This document shows positions 28,201 to 40,200 of a DNA stretch of 64,000 nucleotides, in pieces. How positions within the stretch are numbered: the first letter of the stretch is position 1; every line of letters starts with the position of its first letter. The translations under genes and the position numbers were made by a program. This stretch comes from Ophelia neglecta (lineage: Eukaryota). The notes beneath the pieces are model-generated. The model was not told where the DNA came from. It made no database searches and saw only the letters and a list, made by a program, of their open reading frames with translations. The DNA is taken from positions 62,062,001-62,126,000 of the forward strand of contig OZ260666.1 in assembly GCA_965285935.1 (NCBI GenBank), given 5' to 3'.

Positions 28201-31200
28201 ATAAGGAATTGTGTAAGGGCTTCCACTGGCTAACGTCGAACGCCTGTTTATTGGACGGGAATAGTTTGGACTTGTACTTGGTAATGGGGGCAGACTGGTT
28301 CCTAAGGGGGAATCGTCCGCAATAATAGTTTGCAAATCAGTTTGGTTCTCCACTAAGGTGGGGTGGTAAGAGCTCATACTGGACACAATCGAAAGACTGT
28401 CTGCTGAAAATGATAAGTTAGTGGTGGTACTGGGCAATGCAGAAAAGTTATCTACTGAAGTGCCATAGTTAGGGATAGTGGTGGGTAATACAGAAAATGA
28501 ATTCACCAATGGGATATTTGTTGACATACCATTATTTTTTTCTGTCTTAGATGATTTAAAAGCTGATTTACTGACACTTTTTACTTCTGACTTACTCATT
28601 ATTGGAGGGGCTAAATTCCAAGAGCTTCTGTCAATTAATGGTGGATTGGAGAGACTGACACTTTGGGTTGCACTGGGAGAGAATAGTGGACTCTCAGACG
28701 GAAATACCACTAATAAACTTTCCTTGTTAAAGGAATTCATCTGGTTATCACCCAATGAGTTCATATATACATCACTTTGGGCTGAGGAGATGGAAAAACC
28801 ATCACTTTTATGATTTAAATCAGAAGAATTTGCCCCAAGTGGTGATCGATGAGAAAAAAGATTGCTTTTCAAATAGATGGAACTAGAACCTGGAACTACT
28901 GTATTGCCCAAACGACCAGTGGATGGCTCAAACATGTTCATACTTGGTGCAATGTGAAACAAACTATAGCTTTTGGAATTCCCCTTGACGGTTGCAAATA
29001 CAAACAAGCTATTCCAAGGTGCAGAATTGGTAGTGAAAGTACTATCTTCTAAATACATATTGCTATTTACATCACTGGGAAAAGTTGAAATGCTATGACT
29101 CCAACTGGGTTGCTCATCTGAGAGAACAAAGCTGTCTTTATGGATCATTAAACTATAACTGCTTTCCACAGAATGTATTAATGCCAATTTGGTTCCACTT
29201 TTTACTTGTTGAGCTATGATACTAGAAGAGCTAGTCTCAAGTGTAAAGCTTTCAGATTTGGAAAGTAAAATCGACTTGTTCTCATTTGAGTGGTTCATTG
29301 ATGATGGGCGTATACTTGTAGCTGGCAAAGATGGGAAACGTTCACCTGGTGACAAAAAGCTAGTCATGGAGTCACTGTCCACAAGAGGATTTGTGTTATC
29401 CCTGGTTGAAGAAAACATTGCTGCTATGGCTTGGCTTAGTTGAAGATTATTTGAAAGCGAGTCTCGAGGATTGGCTGAAAAACTATTAGGTAGTTTGTAA
29501 GATGAAAACAAACCTTTACTTTGAAAATGAGACGAGGCACTTATCTCACTCGATTTTAGAATAGTTCGCGTAGATTTAGTGTATATGATTGTTGATGTTA
29601 AGCTTGGTTCAAGTAAGCTGAACACACCAAAAGTCGTTTGAGAAGTCATATGTGGAGTGTAAGTTGAATTAGTAGCCCTAACTGTGTCATACTGTGAGCT
29701 ATCAGACTCAACATCGGCAAATGAAGGACTTATTTGCACCCTGGTATTAAGAGAAATTCGAGATGCCAATCGGTCATTATGATCTAAGGAATGCAAGGCG
29801 TTATTTTCTACTGATTGTGACGAGTCAGGTTTTTTAAGTGGGCCACTATTCATCGCGGGAGGAATTTCGCTGGATATGTGGTGATCAGAAGTCTCCAGGT
29901 CATTCACAGAAGCGGAAATTATTGCAGGTGAAACTGGTTTGGTAACTGACGACTGTATCACTTTGGTACAAGAAGAACTAGAAGAACCTAGAAGATGCAT
30001 GCTTTCACGCTTCTCTTTGGTGATAGAAGTTACAGACAAATCAAATATTGGTAGGACTGGAACAGCTCCTCTTGATAAGCTGAACTGTATAAAGGGTTTG
30101 GTACGGTCGACACTTTTAGTGATGGGAAACACAGACTGACTTGCTGCAGTGTGTCTATTTTCACTGAGTGTTGAAAGTTTCTTGTTTTGGGTAGAAGACC
30201 GTGAATACATGTTCGTTGGAGTCCCAATAGGTGATGTTATCAAGGTCTCTGGAGAGGTGGGGAGTGGAGGGGTTCTAGTGGACGACAATTGGTAAAAACC
30301 TGCAGTTCCTTGTTTGGACTGTGAAACAACGGAATCATTTACACCGACTGTTCTCAAAACAATCTTCTGAGAAGATGCTGATGATACTAAACTTGCTATA
30401 GCCAAAGATAGTAATGACATCTTTCTAGATGTTGAGCCAGCCCAACTCAAACCATGTGATTGGGAGCTTGCAACACTCAGAAGACCAGTGGAGAGGATAG
30501 GGATCAAACTGAAACTTGGGTCCCAAAAAGAAGACTTTTTCCGTGAATAACTACTCACGATCACTTGGGATTTTCCCTGTTGAGGTAAGCCTAGTATGTC
30601 GGTAAATATTGGATTGATATCATTAAGAGAATCGACAAATCCTGAAGTGTTCGGCACTTCTGACATACTCATTAATGAAGGGGCTAAGTACTTCCAGCTT
30701 CTCTCAATTCCTGATGGATTAGGGAGACTATCACTGGGATATATTATGACACTGTCAGTTGAAGAGGAGTAGGATAGATGACTGTTTTTCTCAGAGGAAA
30801 ATTCCAACGATAAACTTTCACTGTCAGATAAATATATCGGTCTGTCATTGGGAGAGCTTGAACTTACATCCCTGTGGGTTGGGAATATTGAAAATTCCCC
30901 ACAACTGATGACCATCTTTGACATTATGCTTGGGTGGAATTTACTATCCAATGAATTTGAATATTCCTGTAGTATATGTGTACCTAAACTATGGGATGTA
31001 GCTAGAATGAATAGTTTGTTTGTATTCTCTATCTCTCTTGAATCAGAGGCCCTAGTTACGTTTATGAGAAGAGACACAGTCCCTTTGGAATTGGGGACCT
31101 GTGACTTCAGTTTAGCAGACACATTGGAAATGAGCAACAGAGTCAAAGGTATATCAAGCATTGTAGAACTATGCTGCATTATTGTTGAAATAACAAAATC

Positions 31201-34200
31201 AGTGGCATTGGGTATTTGTGAAATTTCAATGACTGACCTGATTGTTTTCTGTAACTTTGAATCATGATTGGCATACAAACTGGTGCCCATGGTGTTGGAA
31301 GTTTGGGAAATGGAATTTGCTGAACTTTGTTGCACTGAAATTAAACCTTTAGCACTATAGATACTGTGCATGTATGTGACTGAACTTAAAGATAATAAGG
31401 GTTTCTGCCTATACATTGGGACAGTGGTTCTATTTGCCTGCATTGCAGAAAAGAAGGGCCTTGTGGAACTTTTAATTTCTGGATGAAATGTGTGAGCACT
31501 GATGGAACTGGATGTTTGTGAAGAAACCACAATAGACGAGGATGGTACTATAAATGTCATACTTTTCTTCGAAATTGTTCTGGCAATGGTTGCATAGCTA
31601 TTACCTCCAGACAACCTAGAACTTAATAACTTGGATACATCACCTGAAGAAGTGAATATGTTTGAAGTAGTAAAATTTCTCGGTGATGTAAACTTGGAAT
31701 GTAAAGCAGGACTTGAACTTTTTCTGTTCCTGTACAGGATTATTATACTGGATGTATGAGAATTAACTTGATTTCTTTTACCATCAGTGTTAATAAGAAC
31801 CTTCCTGTTGGGATGATTAATACCACTGTGCATACTGGACGTGAATTTTGTAACAGAATTCAGATCTAGTTTTACTCTTTTAGCTAAGGCACTGTCAGTT
31901 CTCCTACTCGGCACACTTACAGGTAAACTATATGTATGTGAAGATGAATTGATGGCAGCTCTGTCATCAGATAATTTGTGCAAGGTACTGGATATAGATG
32001 ATAGTGTCATCAGCACACGTTCTTTTGGATTCACTGACATAGTGGAAATGGGGGCTCCAGTCTCAGACAATGAACTAGTAAACATTACAGATGTTAGGAA
32101 TTTTGGGGACCTTTGCACATAAGTAGAAGTATGGATAAATGCATTATTATACAGTGCCTTCGAAGTGCTAGTAGAGGACAATATGGTTTTTCTATATGTT
32201 TCAGCTTCAGACAAACTCAGTGCAGAATCAACAACACCTGTGTTGAAAATTGGCTGGAAAGGAAAGGATGGAGCCAGAGCTACTTGAAAAACTGAAGAGG
32301 CAAAGTTTCTTTGATTTTTAATATTATTATTTTGTTCGACAACTGTTGATTTGACAATGTCACTTTTGTTGGATAGTGACCTCTCACTTTTTGTGGGTAT
32401 AATAGCTGCTATTAAGGTCTTGGAATCTAGGACAGTGGACAAACTAGGAGTGGGAACATGATTTTCTTCCAAAAAGTCAGATGTATATAAATCATTTACA
32501 ACTGAAGGATCAACAAGAGAGATGAAATTGCCTGTGATGGTAATCCTTTGTTTTGATTCCTTAGAAACAAGGGAAGCTGTTAAGGAGATTATTGTTGGCT
32601 CTGATTTTGTCTGGACTTGTTTCAGCCACAGGGATAGCTCCATTTCAAATGGCTCAGTGTTTATCACAAATGAACTGTTATTTTTTATCATAGAGACCTC
32701 GGAAAATGGGATGGATGTTTTGTCATGTGACAAAATGTCTTCATACTCATTAAATTCAGGTAATGCTGACCTTTCACTTAATAAGGGTGGGCTTCCAGGC
32801 AAGTTGGTATTAATTGTTAAGTGGATAGAATTTGAAATGAATGTTCTATTTAAACCAATCCATATTATTTCTGTCCCAGCTGTCCCAGTCAAGTTCGAAA
32901 ATGATAACATGTAACTGGGCACGCTTGGGATGCTGGGGTCTTGTGACCAAAACAAGCCATTGGATATATTGTGAAGACTTTCTTGACCATGATTCAATAG
33001 GAAAAGAGAATGAGAAGGAAGATGTACAAACCCAGAAGTGAGGATAATGTGTGACTGGTTCTTCGTTATGATTTTACGTTGGTCTGCAACACTGGTTTTA
33101 GTGGCATTAGTGATTTTGGTGGGCCAAACATTTTCTCTGCTCATGCCAGGTGATATGGTGTGTAGGACCTCAATATTCAGTGGTACAGTTTTTAATTTCA
33201 AAGAAGACACAGTGGAAGGAAACTCCTTTACTTTATGTGTTCCTAATGGTTCTCCGTCGCTAATAACCACTGAATTAGGTCCCTCTTGAATGTTGCTACC
33301 CCATCCTTTGCTCCTTGAAATTCTGCTATTAACAACAGAAATTGTTATCTGAATGTTTGGTTGCAGGCTGGGTGTATCTACAATGCTTGACACATAGTGT
33401 TCCTGTATTAAAAATGAGGACTTAGTGGTTATGCTGTCAACTGTCATTCCATTTCCCTGGGTGAGAGACTGCAGATAAATAAGTCTGGAGTTGCTGAAGG
33501 GACTTTTGGCCGCATCATAGTCTGGAAGGTCCACATTATTGATTTCCATATTTCTCACATAATTGTATGTAGCTGAAGTTTGCTCCCTTGCAGCTTGTGT
33601 GTAACTGATAACAGCTGTTTCAGAGAGGACAGAGTTAGCCACTGTATAAATATAATTGCTATTATCAGTCTGTAAAAATCCTGTGGTGGTTTGACTGCTG
33701 AGGATGTTGACCTTCTCCAATTTTGATATTAAATCCACAGAATAAATGTAACCTTTCAAGTGACTGTCCATGTTTGAAAAGTTTGGCCAGATTTCTGTCC
33801 TGAAGCCTGTCCCCTCAAAGTTCCCACTATCAGTGGGAGATAATGGGGAGGTGATAAAGTGCTTTGCAATGCCATGCATTGTGTCTCCCTCTTGCTTAGA
33901 AAATAAGCCTCCTGTAATTGAAATCAATGGAATAGATGACTTCCTACAGCTTGATATTATCTCATCATTCACTTTGACATTACTTATAAAGCTGGTGGAT
34001 ATTAATTTACTGAGACTAGTTGTGTTATTACCCCGGATAGCCAATGACTTGATGTCAGCTATGCCTATTCTGTGGTTGCTTCCATGTTTGTGAGAAGTTG
34101 AGTTGAAGGAATTGATTTTGGTGTTCATTTCTCTGGTCACTGGGGTAGGTGTTTCCAATTCAAATTTGACAGCAACATGGAAACTCTGAGTTTTAACCCT

Positions 34201-35987
34201 TTTATTGAATCCCAACAAGCCACTTTCCAGGCTAGTAGATTGTGATGTGTAAAAGTGAATGTCATTTGGAGTTCTGCTTTGAAATCCACCAGGTCCTGGT
34301 GTAGCTGCTGTGAGGTATGGTGTTACAGTATCCTTTAGTACAGTGTTCACCATATATAAATTGGGGATAGTTGTGTCCTTTCTTTTGTTCAATTCGGAAA
34401 AAGATGATTTCGCAATGATTACTGAATTGGATGTGGAGTGCATTGACAAATCAAATGTCTTTGAAAGTCTCCAATTTACTTGCAATATTGGGATTTCTGA
34501 TATCTTAAATGAACTCCCAAGGAAACTTGATCGTAGCAGGATTTTGAATGATGAAACATCAGAGTTTTCCTTTTCATTATCAAGGACTATTGCAGCAGCA
34601 GACTGTGCAAATGCAAATTGAAAACTGTTATCAGTCTTGAAATGCAAATCTCCATGTGGAACATAGGACTCAAGAATGCCATCCATATTGGTTGAGAAGG
34701 AAAATTCATAAAATGGCTTTTTTGTGCTCAAATCTTTGTGTTCTTCAAGTTTAGACACCATGAATGCAATATGCAAGTGATTTGGGTCACTTTGATTTGC
34801 TAAATGACTATTTGCATTGAAAGAACTTGACAACATTATTCTTTCAGTTGTTACCTTGGAACTATATATCGCATCACTGGGTGAATTAAACTCTCCTGAA
34901 TTGGCCATAATCATAGTGAAAGTGGTGTCATTGGCACGTTCCTGCTGGGAAGATGATGCTGCTTCATCGTGAGGTTGGAACACATTGCTAAATGTCCTAG
35001 ATTCCTGCATTTTCCGGATGGCCTGAGGATAGTCCAACACATGTGTAGGATTAACATTGCTCTTCTGGATGAAGACACTGGATGTTTTTTGTGATATTGT
35101 GCCATCTGCAAATCCCTTTAATTGGTGGGTGCTTTCAAAAGTAAGTCCCTTCTTATCTCTTGGTTTAGGGTTTTCTGCTATTACTATTTTACTTTCATGT
35201 TCTGCAAGAGTCTGTGTATAAGTGTATGCATACTCATGCACCTCGGTAGTAGCAACCTTCAAAAGTGCATAGTCATCAACTGTGTTTGCATCCACATGTC
35301 CCAAAGTCAAAGAAAAATATATGAAGGCTGCTATCATGAATACTGAAGATACTGAGGTCGGAGGCCTTCTACTTTTAGAGGCAACAGACAAGGACGATAC
35401 AAGACAAGATATAACACATTGTATCACAAAAGGTAGCATTAGCACAATATAAGGTAAGAGCTTTAGCATTATACTTTTGGTGCGAACTTCAAATTTTGAA
35501 CAGTTGAATTTTGTCTCCCCAATGTGAATCATCTTTTCCTGCAATGTTGCTTCTCTTCGTGACTTCCTACATGCTCCTTTGGTGTGCAGTTTCTTTCCTC
35601 CTACCTCAGGCGTGCTAGAAATTCCTTCAGCATTGAGAAATTGCATTTCAGCCTGCATAATTGTTTCCACACAGGCATTGTTTCCTGTTTCCTTTGAGCA
35701 GGCAGTTTTAAATTTATCTGAAAATTCCAATTGATCTTGGACTGGATAACAGGAGGTGGACTGCAACCATGAGCTTGCCATTTTCAATGAAATTTGAGTC
35801 AGCCATGCCACGCTAAATTTGTAAATGCAACATAACACTCCTTTCAACCTCAGATACCCAGAGTTTGTTACTCCAGAGTCCTGTGGCATCAGTTTTAGGG
35901 CAGGGGTGGTTCTTCCAATGCCTTCTTGTCCAGTGATAATTGCTCTGAGAATAGCTGGTCTCACTCCTACAAATTGGTCTTCATTAC
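1260..35987 (-). CDS. Giant coding exon (34,728 bp, ~11,576 codons) of a KIAA1549/UPF0606-like protein; Ser-rich mucin-like ectodomain
   Basis: The ORF 1219..35964 has no stop over 11,581 codons. Minus-strand acceptor ttttttgtttcag|GTAATGAAG (exon starts 35987; the frame stays open to it: xG-N-E-D-Q-F-V-G-V-R-P). Donor AGGG|gtgagt (exon ends 1260). Both junctions are phase 1. The ORF-track start at 35964 is GTG; the first in-frame ATG in the exon is 35889. Hydrophobic segments follow ATG 35469 (MLKLLPYIVLMLPFVIQCVISCLV) and ATG 35337 (MIAAFIYFSLTLGHVDA, signal-peptide-like). Confidence 0.85.
4040..30625 (-). repeat. Coding tandem macro-repeat, ~3.7 copies of a 7.07-7.35 kb unit inside the giant exon
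   Basis: The marker peptide DINPIFTDI recurs near 30610, 23260, 16155 and 9080. Homologous ORF-track features are offset by 7350 (30030/22680), 7107 (23048/15941) and 7074 (15941/8867). The fourth copy is partial and ends near 4040. Confidence 0.97.
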
Positions 35988-38900
35988 CTGAAACAAAAAA
36001 TTAGTTACTTTTGTCTCACTTTATACTTATCTATGTACAGCTGTAAAATGAAGACTATTTAGGTGGGCAAATGATATAGGAGGTATTACTACACTTCATT
36101 TTACAACATTGAATTGAATGTACACTAGGTACAAACTACTGATATTAACAACTGAGTTCTAATGTCCTTAGTGCCAATTAAGTGTTCTGATAATTAATAG
36201 TTACTGACTAAGGAAACTGAACACAGGATATAGTCAATTTATGGCCACAACTATTCTCAACTTGTATTCAAATGTGCGTGTTATGATAATTTAAGCGAGT
36301 TGACTGCTTTTTTAGATACGGGGACCACAATTTAGCACAGTGGATAAAATAAAATGACTTAGGTCATACTGAAAACCACATGCCGATTGTGTCATTGGTT
36401 TATCTATTTGGAAGTGTATATTCATGCTTCCTACACATGACTGAATATTTGTCAGCAGAATGACGACAAAATGTCATGGAGGGGGCAAAGTTGAAAAAAA
36501 TCGACTCTGTTTTGCAATACAGGAAAAAAGGGCCATAAGAACAAATTACTAGTACAATAAGTCAGAAATAGGTCTGAACTACAGGATAGGAACAGAAGAA
36601 ATTGTTATGCGCAGCAGTACAAGCATCCCTGGAGAACATGATAGCAGAATTTTGCACCTATGTTGGCTTTCATATACTTTTAGCAGAATTTTTCAACCCA
36701 GACTCTGTATGAAAGGCTGTTATACTGAAGGTACTGTACAATACCCTGGTACACATGTATAGGTGCAAAGGATGAAAATGATTGGTGCAGAATTACCACC
36801 TGCACAGTGTAAAAAACAAATCTCAAAATAGATGCTTGCCCAGTCCGATGACCATTGCAAAAAAAAAATATTCCCAATAAATGTCTTCATTTATTTTGTC
36901 TACCTGATGAAGGCCAACAAGGTATCAATTGTTCTAAATTTTTGCCCCTATATCATGAAAGCATGAGACACTTCTCCCTTAAGAATCTATGTAATGAGAA
37001 TTTTTTTTCATATATAACATATATTATAACTTGGAGAGCAGGCATGATTTAATGGGGAGGCTATTAAGATTTAACATGATAACAGAGCAAACAAATTAAA
37101 CTTATTGATTAAATCTTACTACAACCTATGATCATTCTTTCATAATGATTAATAAGACCAATTTATTGATTGAGGAACTTTCTTTTTACTTATCGTATTG
37201 CAGATTGGTGCCAGATGGTGTTAGTTTTGTTTAAATCTTAATTGATCAAAGCCAAGTGAATTGCATTTGTAGGAGAGACCACTGAAATCTGATGCTGGAG
37301 GTCATAATTTATTATCAACATAGCCAGTTTATTTGCCTTTGAAATGAATGTGCAGGAAAAGATTTATTGAAGATAATCATTAAAAGTGGTATGTTTTTGG
37401 GTGAAAAGTACCTCATACAGATTTTCCCCCACCCTGGTTGCATGGGAAAGACAGGAACACAATGAGAAACAATTTTCATTTAAAGATAACTTTGACCAAA
37501 ATTGCAGGTTAGCTGAACATAGTTCCAGTACCATACATCTCTGAAGTTAGCAATTCTTTATCATCTCCCAAATCAAATCTTTATCCCAAGTTTATATTTG
37601 AAATCATTCAGAATTCGCCAAGGGGTCATCCCAAACACAAACAATATCTATTTCTTGATAAGTTCTTCTATATCAAACTTTTAGGTTGAAAATATATACC
37701 ATTTAATCCATTAAATATTAATGAATGATATATCTTTCATATATTTTGCTGACACACAGGTCTACATTGCGGCAGAAGTGTAGTTAGGTAGTACATGTAC
37801 TGTGTTTGAATGTAGGGTGTGATGTCATATTACATGAGTTTCTAAGGACTTGTATTTTGGGAATGCTTCTGTTAAAAGTTCCAATTCAAGTCTAATTACA
37901 TGTATTTTATATTAAAACTTAATCAATGTGCAACAGCAGTGTATAATTTCAATTGCTTTACCAAATTTCATTACTTTTCAAGTAATATATGGCTATTTTT
38001 TTCCGCATTCGAAATGTCTTTGTGTTGTTGCTTTTGGATTTATATAATAGTATTTGGCCTTTAATAAACCCACATGCAACATTGTATGAACATTCATTTA
38101 CATTTATTCCCATATTGTTCACATCTTAAATCTAAACAGAAAGTAGTTATTATATTTGAAAATCATGTCAGTTAGAATGCATATAGGCCTAACCCAGAAT
38201 CACCGTGCAATTTTGACAGACATAGTATCTGTCACACAACATTTAGGTACATGTCTTATTACCACGAATAAGATTTAAATGAAACTTACCAAAGTTTATC
38301 AATATAGACAAGTCATTATTCTCTGTGTGCCTACTCCCATAGCCAGATTGACTTAAAGCGATAATATTAAGCAGTATTGTCAATGATAGTTTTTTTGTTG
38401 TCTCCATGTTAAAAATTAGGTGTTCTCCTGACTGATTCCCGATCAATGTGATTCAAGTTCCAAATGTCCTTATCGGGTAGGTGTCCCTTTCAAGTAGAAG
38501 TCTTCAACTGGGATTAATTCTCACAAGACTTTTATAAAATCAGTTTTTACAGCTGTTGCCATCATGCTGAGTGGCTACATTCATGGTACATTACAAAACC
38601 ATTGTGTATTTAGACAGGCCAATTGTCATATGAATTGATCTAAAAAAAAATTATAAAAAAACCGTGGGCTAAATCTCATTGAAGTCACTTCAAAATATCC
38701 ATTCCTTTGACTGAGTTTCTATGACTCTTTTGTGTATATGAGTGTTTGTGTGACATTCAAACAGCCATGCACAGGACCAATATTCAGGAAGGCCAGCATC
38801 TCAGATTACAAGCCTATGTCTTATCTCCCATTGTGCTTTGATTGCTGATTACTGACTGTATCAATTCCCAAAGCAATTAAACAGGTAATTCATACTGAAA

Positions 38901-39303
38901 ACACACATATGCTGGATTTCTGAGCCCTCCTCCCCCCCCCCCCCCTCTCCCCCGGCAGGTTCTAAACTATACAGAATCGAAGATATCCTTCAATGGAAAA
39001 TTCATGTATTCAAGTTACCTTTATATGCACTGTGTAAGTCTATAATCCTTAATTAAGGATCAATAATTTGCCTCAAACAAATTTCTCAAGGCCATAAACT
39101 TTGCGATCCATTTCCAGCCTCTGCATACAAAATATGGCTGTAAAAAACTGGTTACCACAGATAATCCATAACTATCAAACAATTAAATGGTGTTATATTT
39201 GCACATTCATTTTTTTAAACACAACACATGCCTTATAATTGTGTTGTATTTTCTTATTCAGTTAGAAGTTTACATGTACATTTAAACTGTGACTCACAAT
39301 TAC

Positions 39304-39436
39304 CTTGTGTCTGTGGCTTAGCTTTTGTTTCTGGCCACTTATCAACTGAAACCTCGTGGATATGATGCCTTCCCTTTTCCAGAAGAGAGATAATTATAAG
39401 GAATGGTGTAAAACCTTCACCATTTGAAACAGGCTG
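39304..39436 (-). other. Candidate upstream exon of the KIAA1549-like gene (probably 5' UTR)
   Basis: Pyrimidine-rich tandem acceptor ttttttcctgagtttctag|cag| and donor CAAG|gtaatt (a second gtgagt lies 6 nt further on). It is open in the frame that joins the giant exon in phase 1 but has no in-frame ATG. Confidence 0.4.
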
Positions 39437-40090
39437 CTAGAAACTCAGGAAAAAATATCCTATCCTTGTGTGCTCATTGGATATGCTGCTGAAGGGCTCT
39501 ATATATAAATATAAAAACAGACACATCTCAAAGATGTTGTGCCCTTTAATCTTCAAAAGTATGAATATGTATTGATTACAAAAGGTGTGTCAACAAAAAG
39601 AAATTCAGCTCAACATACACATGTGCACTGGGCATGTATTGATTTAAATTATCTATGTCCATGGCAACTGTAACACCTGTGGATGTCTGCTTAGCATGGG
39701 AATAGGAAAAATAACCTCCTCACAAATGTCCTAAGTAAAAGTTTAGAGTGGTGGATGCCATGAAAATCTTCCCTTCATACTTAAACTTGTAAACATTATA
39801 GAACAATAAATTTATTAAAGCTATCTATTTGTCACATATTCAAAAAATGAATATAACTGAAACAATACCACCTATATTAGAAGAACTGAGCAAGGCAAGG
39901 TCTTGCAAGCTGTTCAAATAACATAAAAGGCGCTGCACATGTTCACACCTGAATGGATATCAGTTTAAGTTATATAGGCCTACATGTATTGAATGTCACC
40001 AACAGATCAAATTGACATTGATGATGAGGGAATGGAAGTTCCCAGAACTCAGCACAGGTGGCTTTGAAGGCAAATAGATTGTATAGTTAA

Positions 40091-40200
40091 GATTCAGATT
40101 CAGATTCAGATATATTTATTCGACCATAGCAAAATGAACATGTACAATGATTGATGGTAAATTATAATTATAGCCATGGAGACCCTCACTAAGATTTAGG
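40091..40200 (-). mobile_element. 3' tail remnant of a LINE/SINE; inner limit approximate
   Basis: The minus strand reads AATAAA followed by (TCTGAA)3, the poly(A)-signal plus short-repeat tail typical of L2/CR1-group elements. Confidence 0.45.

Noticed and set aside
2153-34621. Dozens of plus-strand ORFs (up to 217 aa), many recurring every ~7.1 kb
   Set aside because: They are antisense shadows of the giant minus-strand frame and recur only because the DNA is repeated. Most start at non-ATG codons and show no domain motifs.
1219-35964. Treating the 11,581-aa ORF as a complete intronless or prokaryote-type giant protein (e.g. a bacterial adhesin)
   Set aside because: It starts at GTG just inside a splice acceptor, and its last 13 codons read through a GTGAGT donor. 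Phase-matched downstream exons and the intron/retroelement context show a spliced animal gene.
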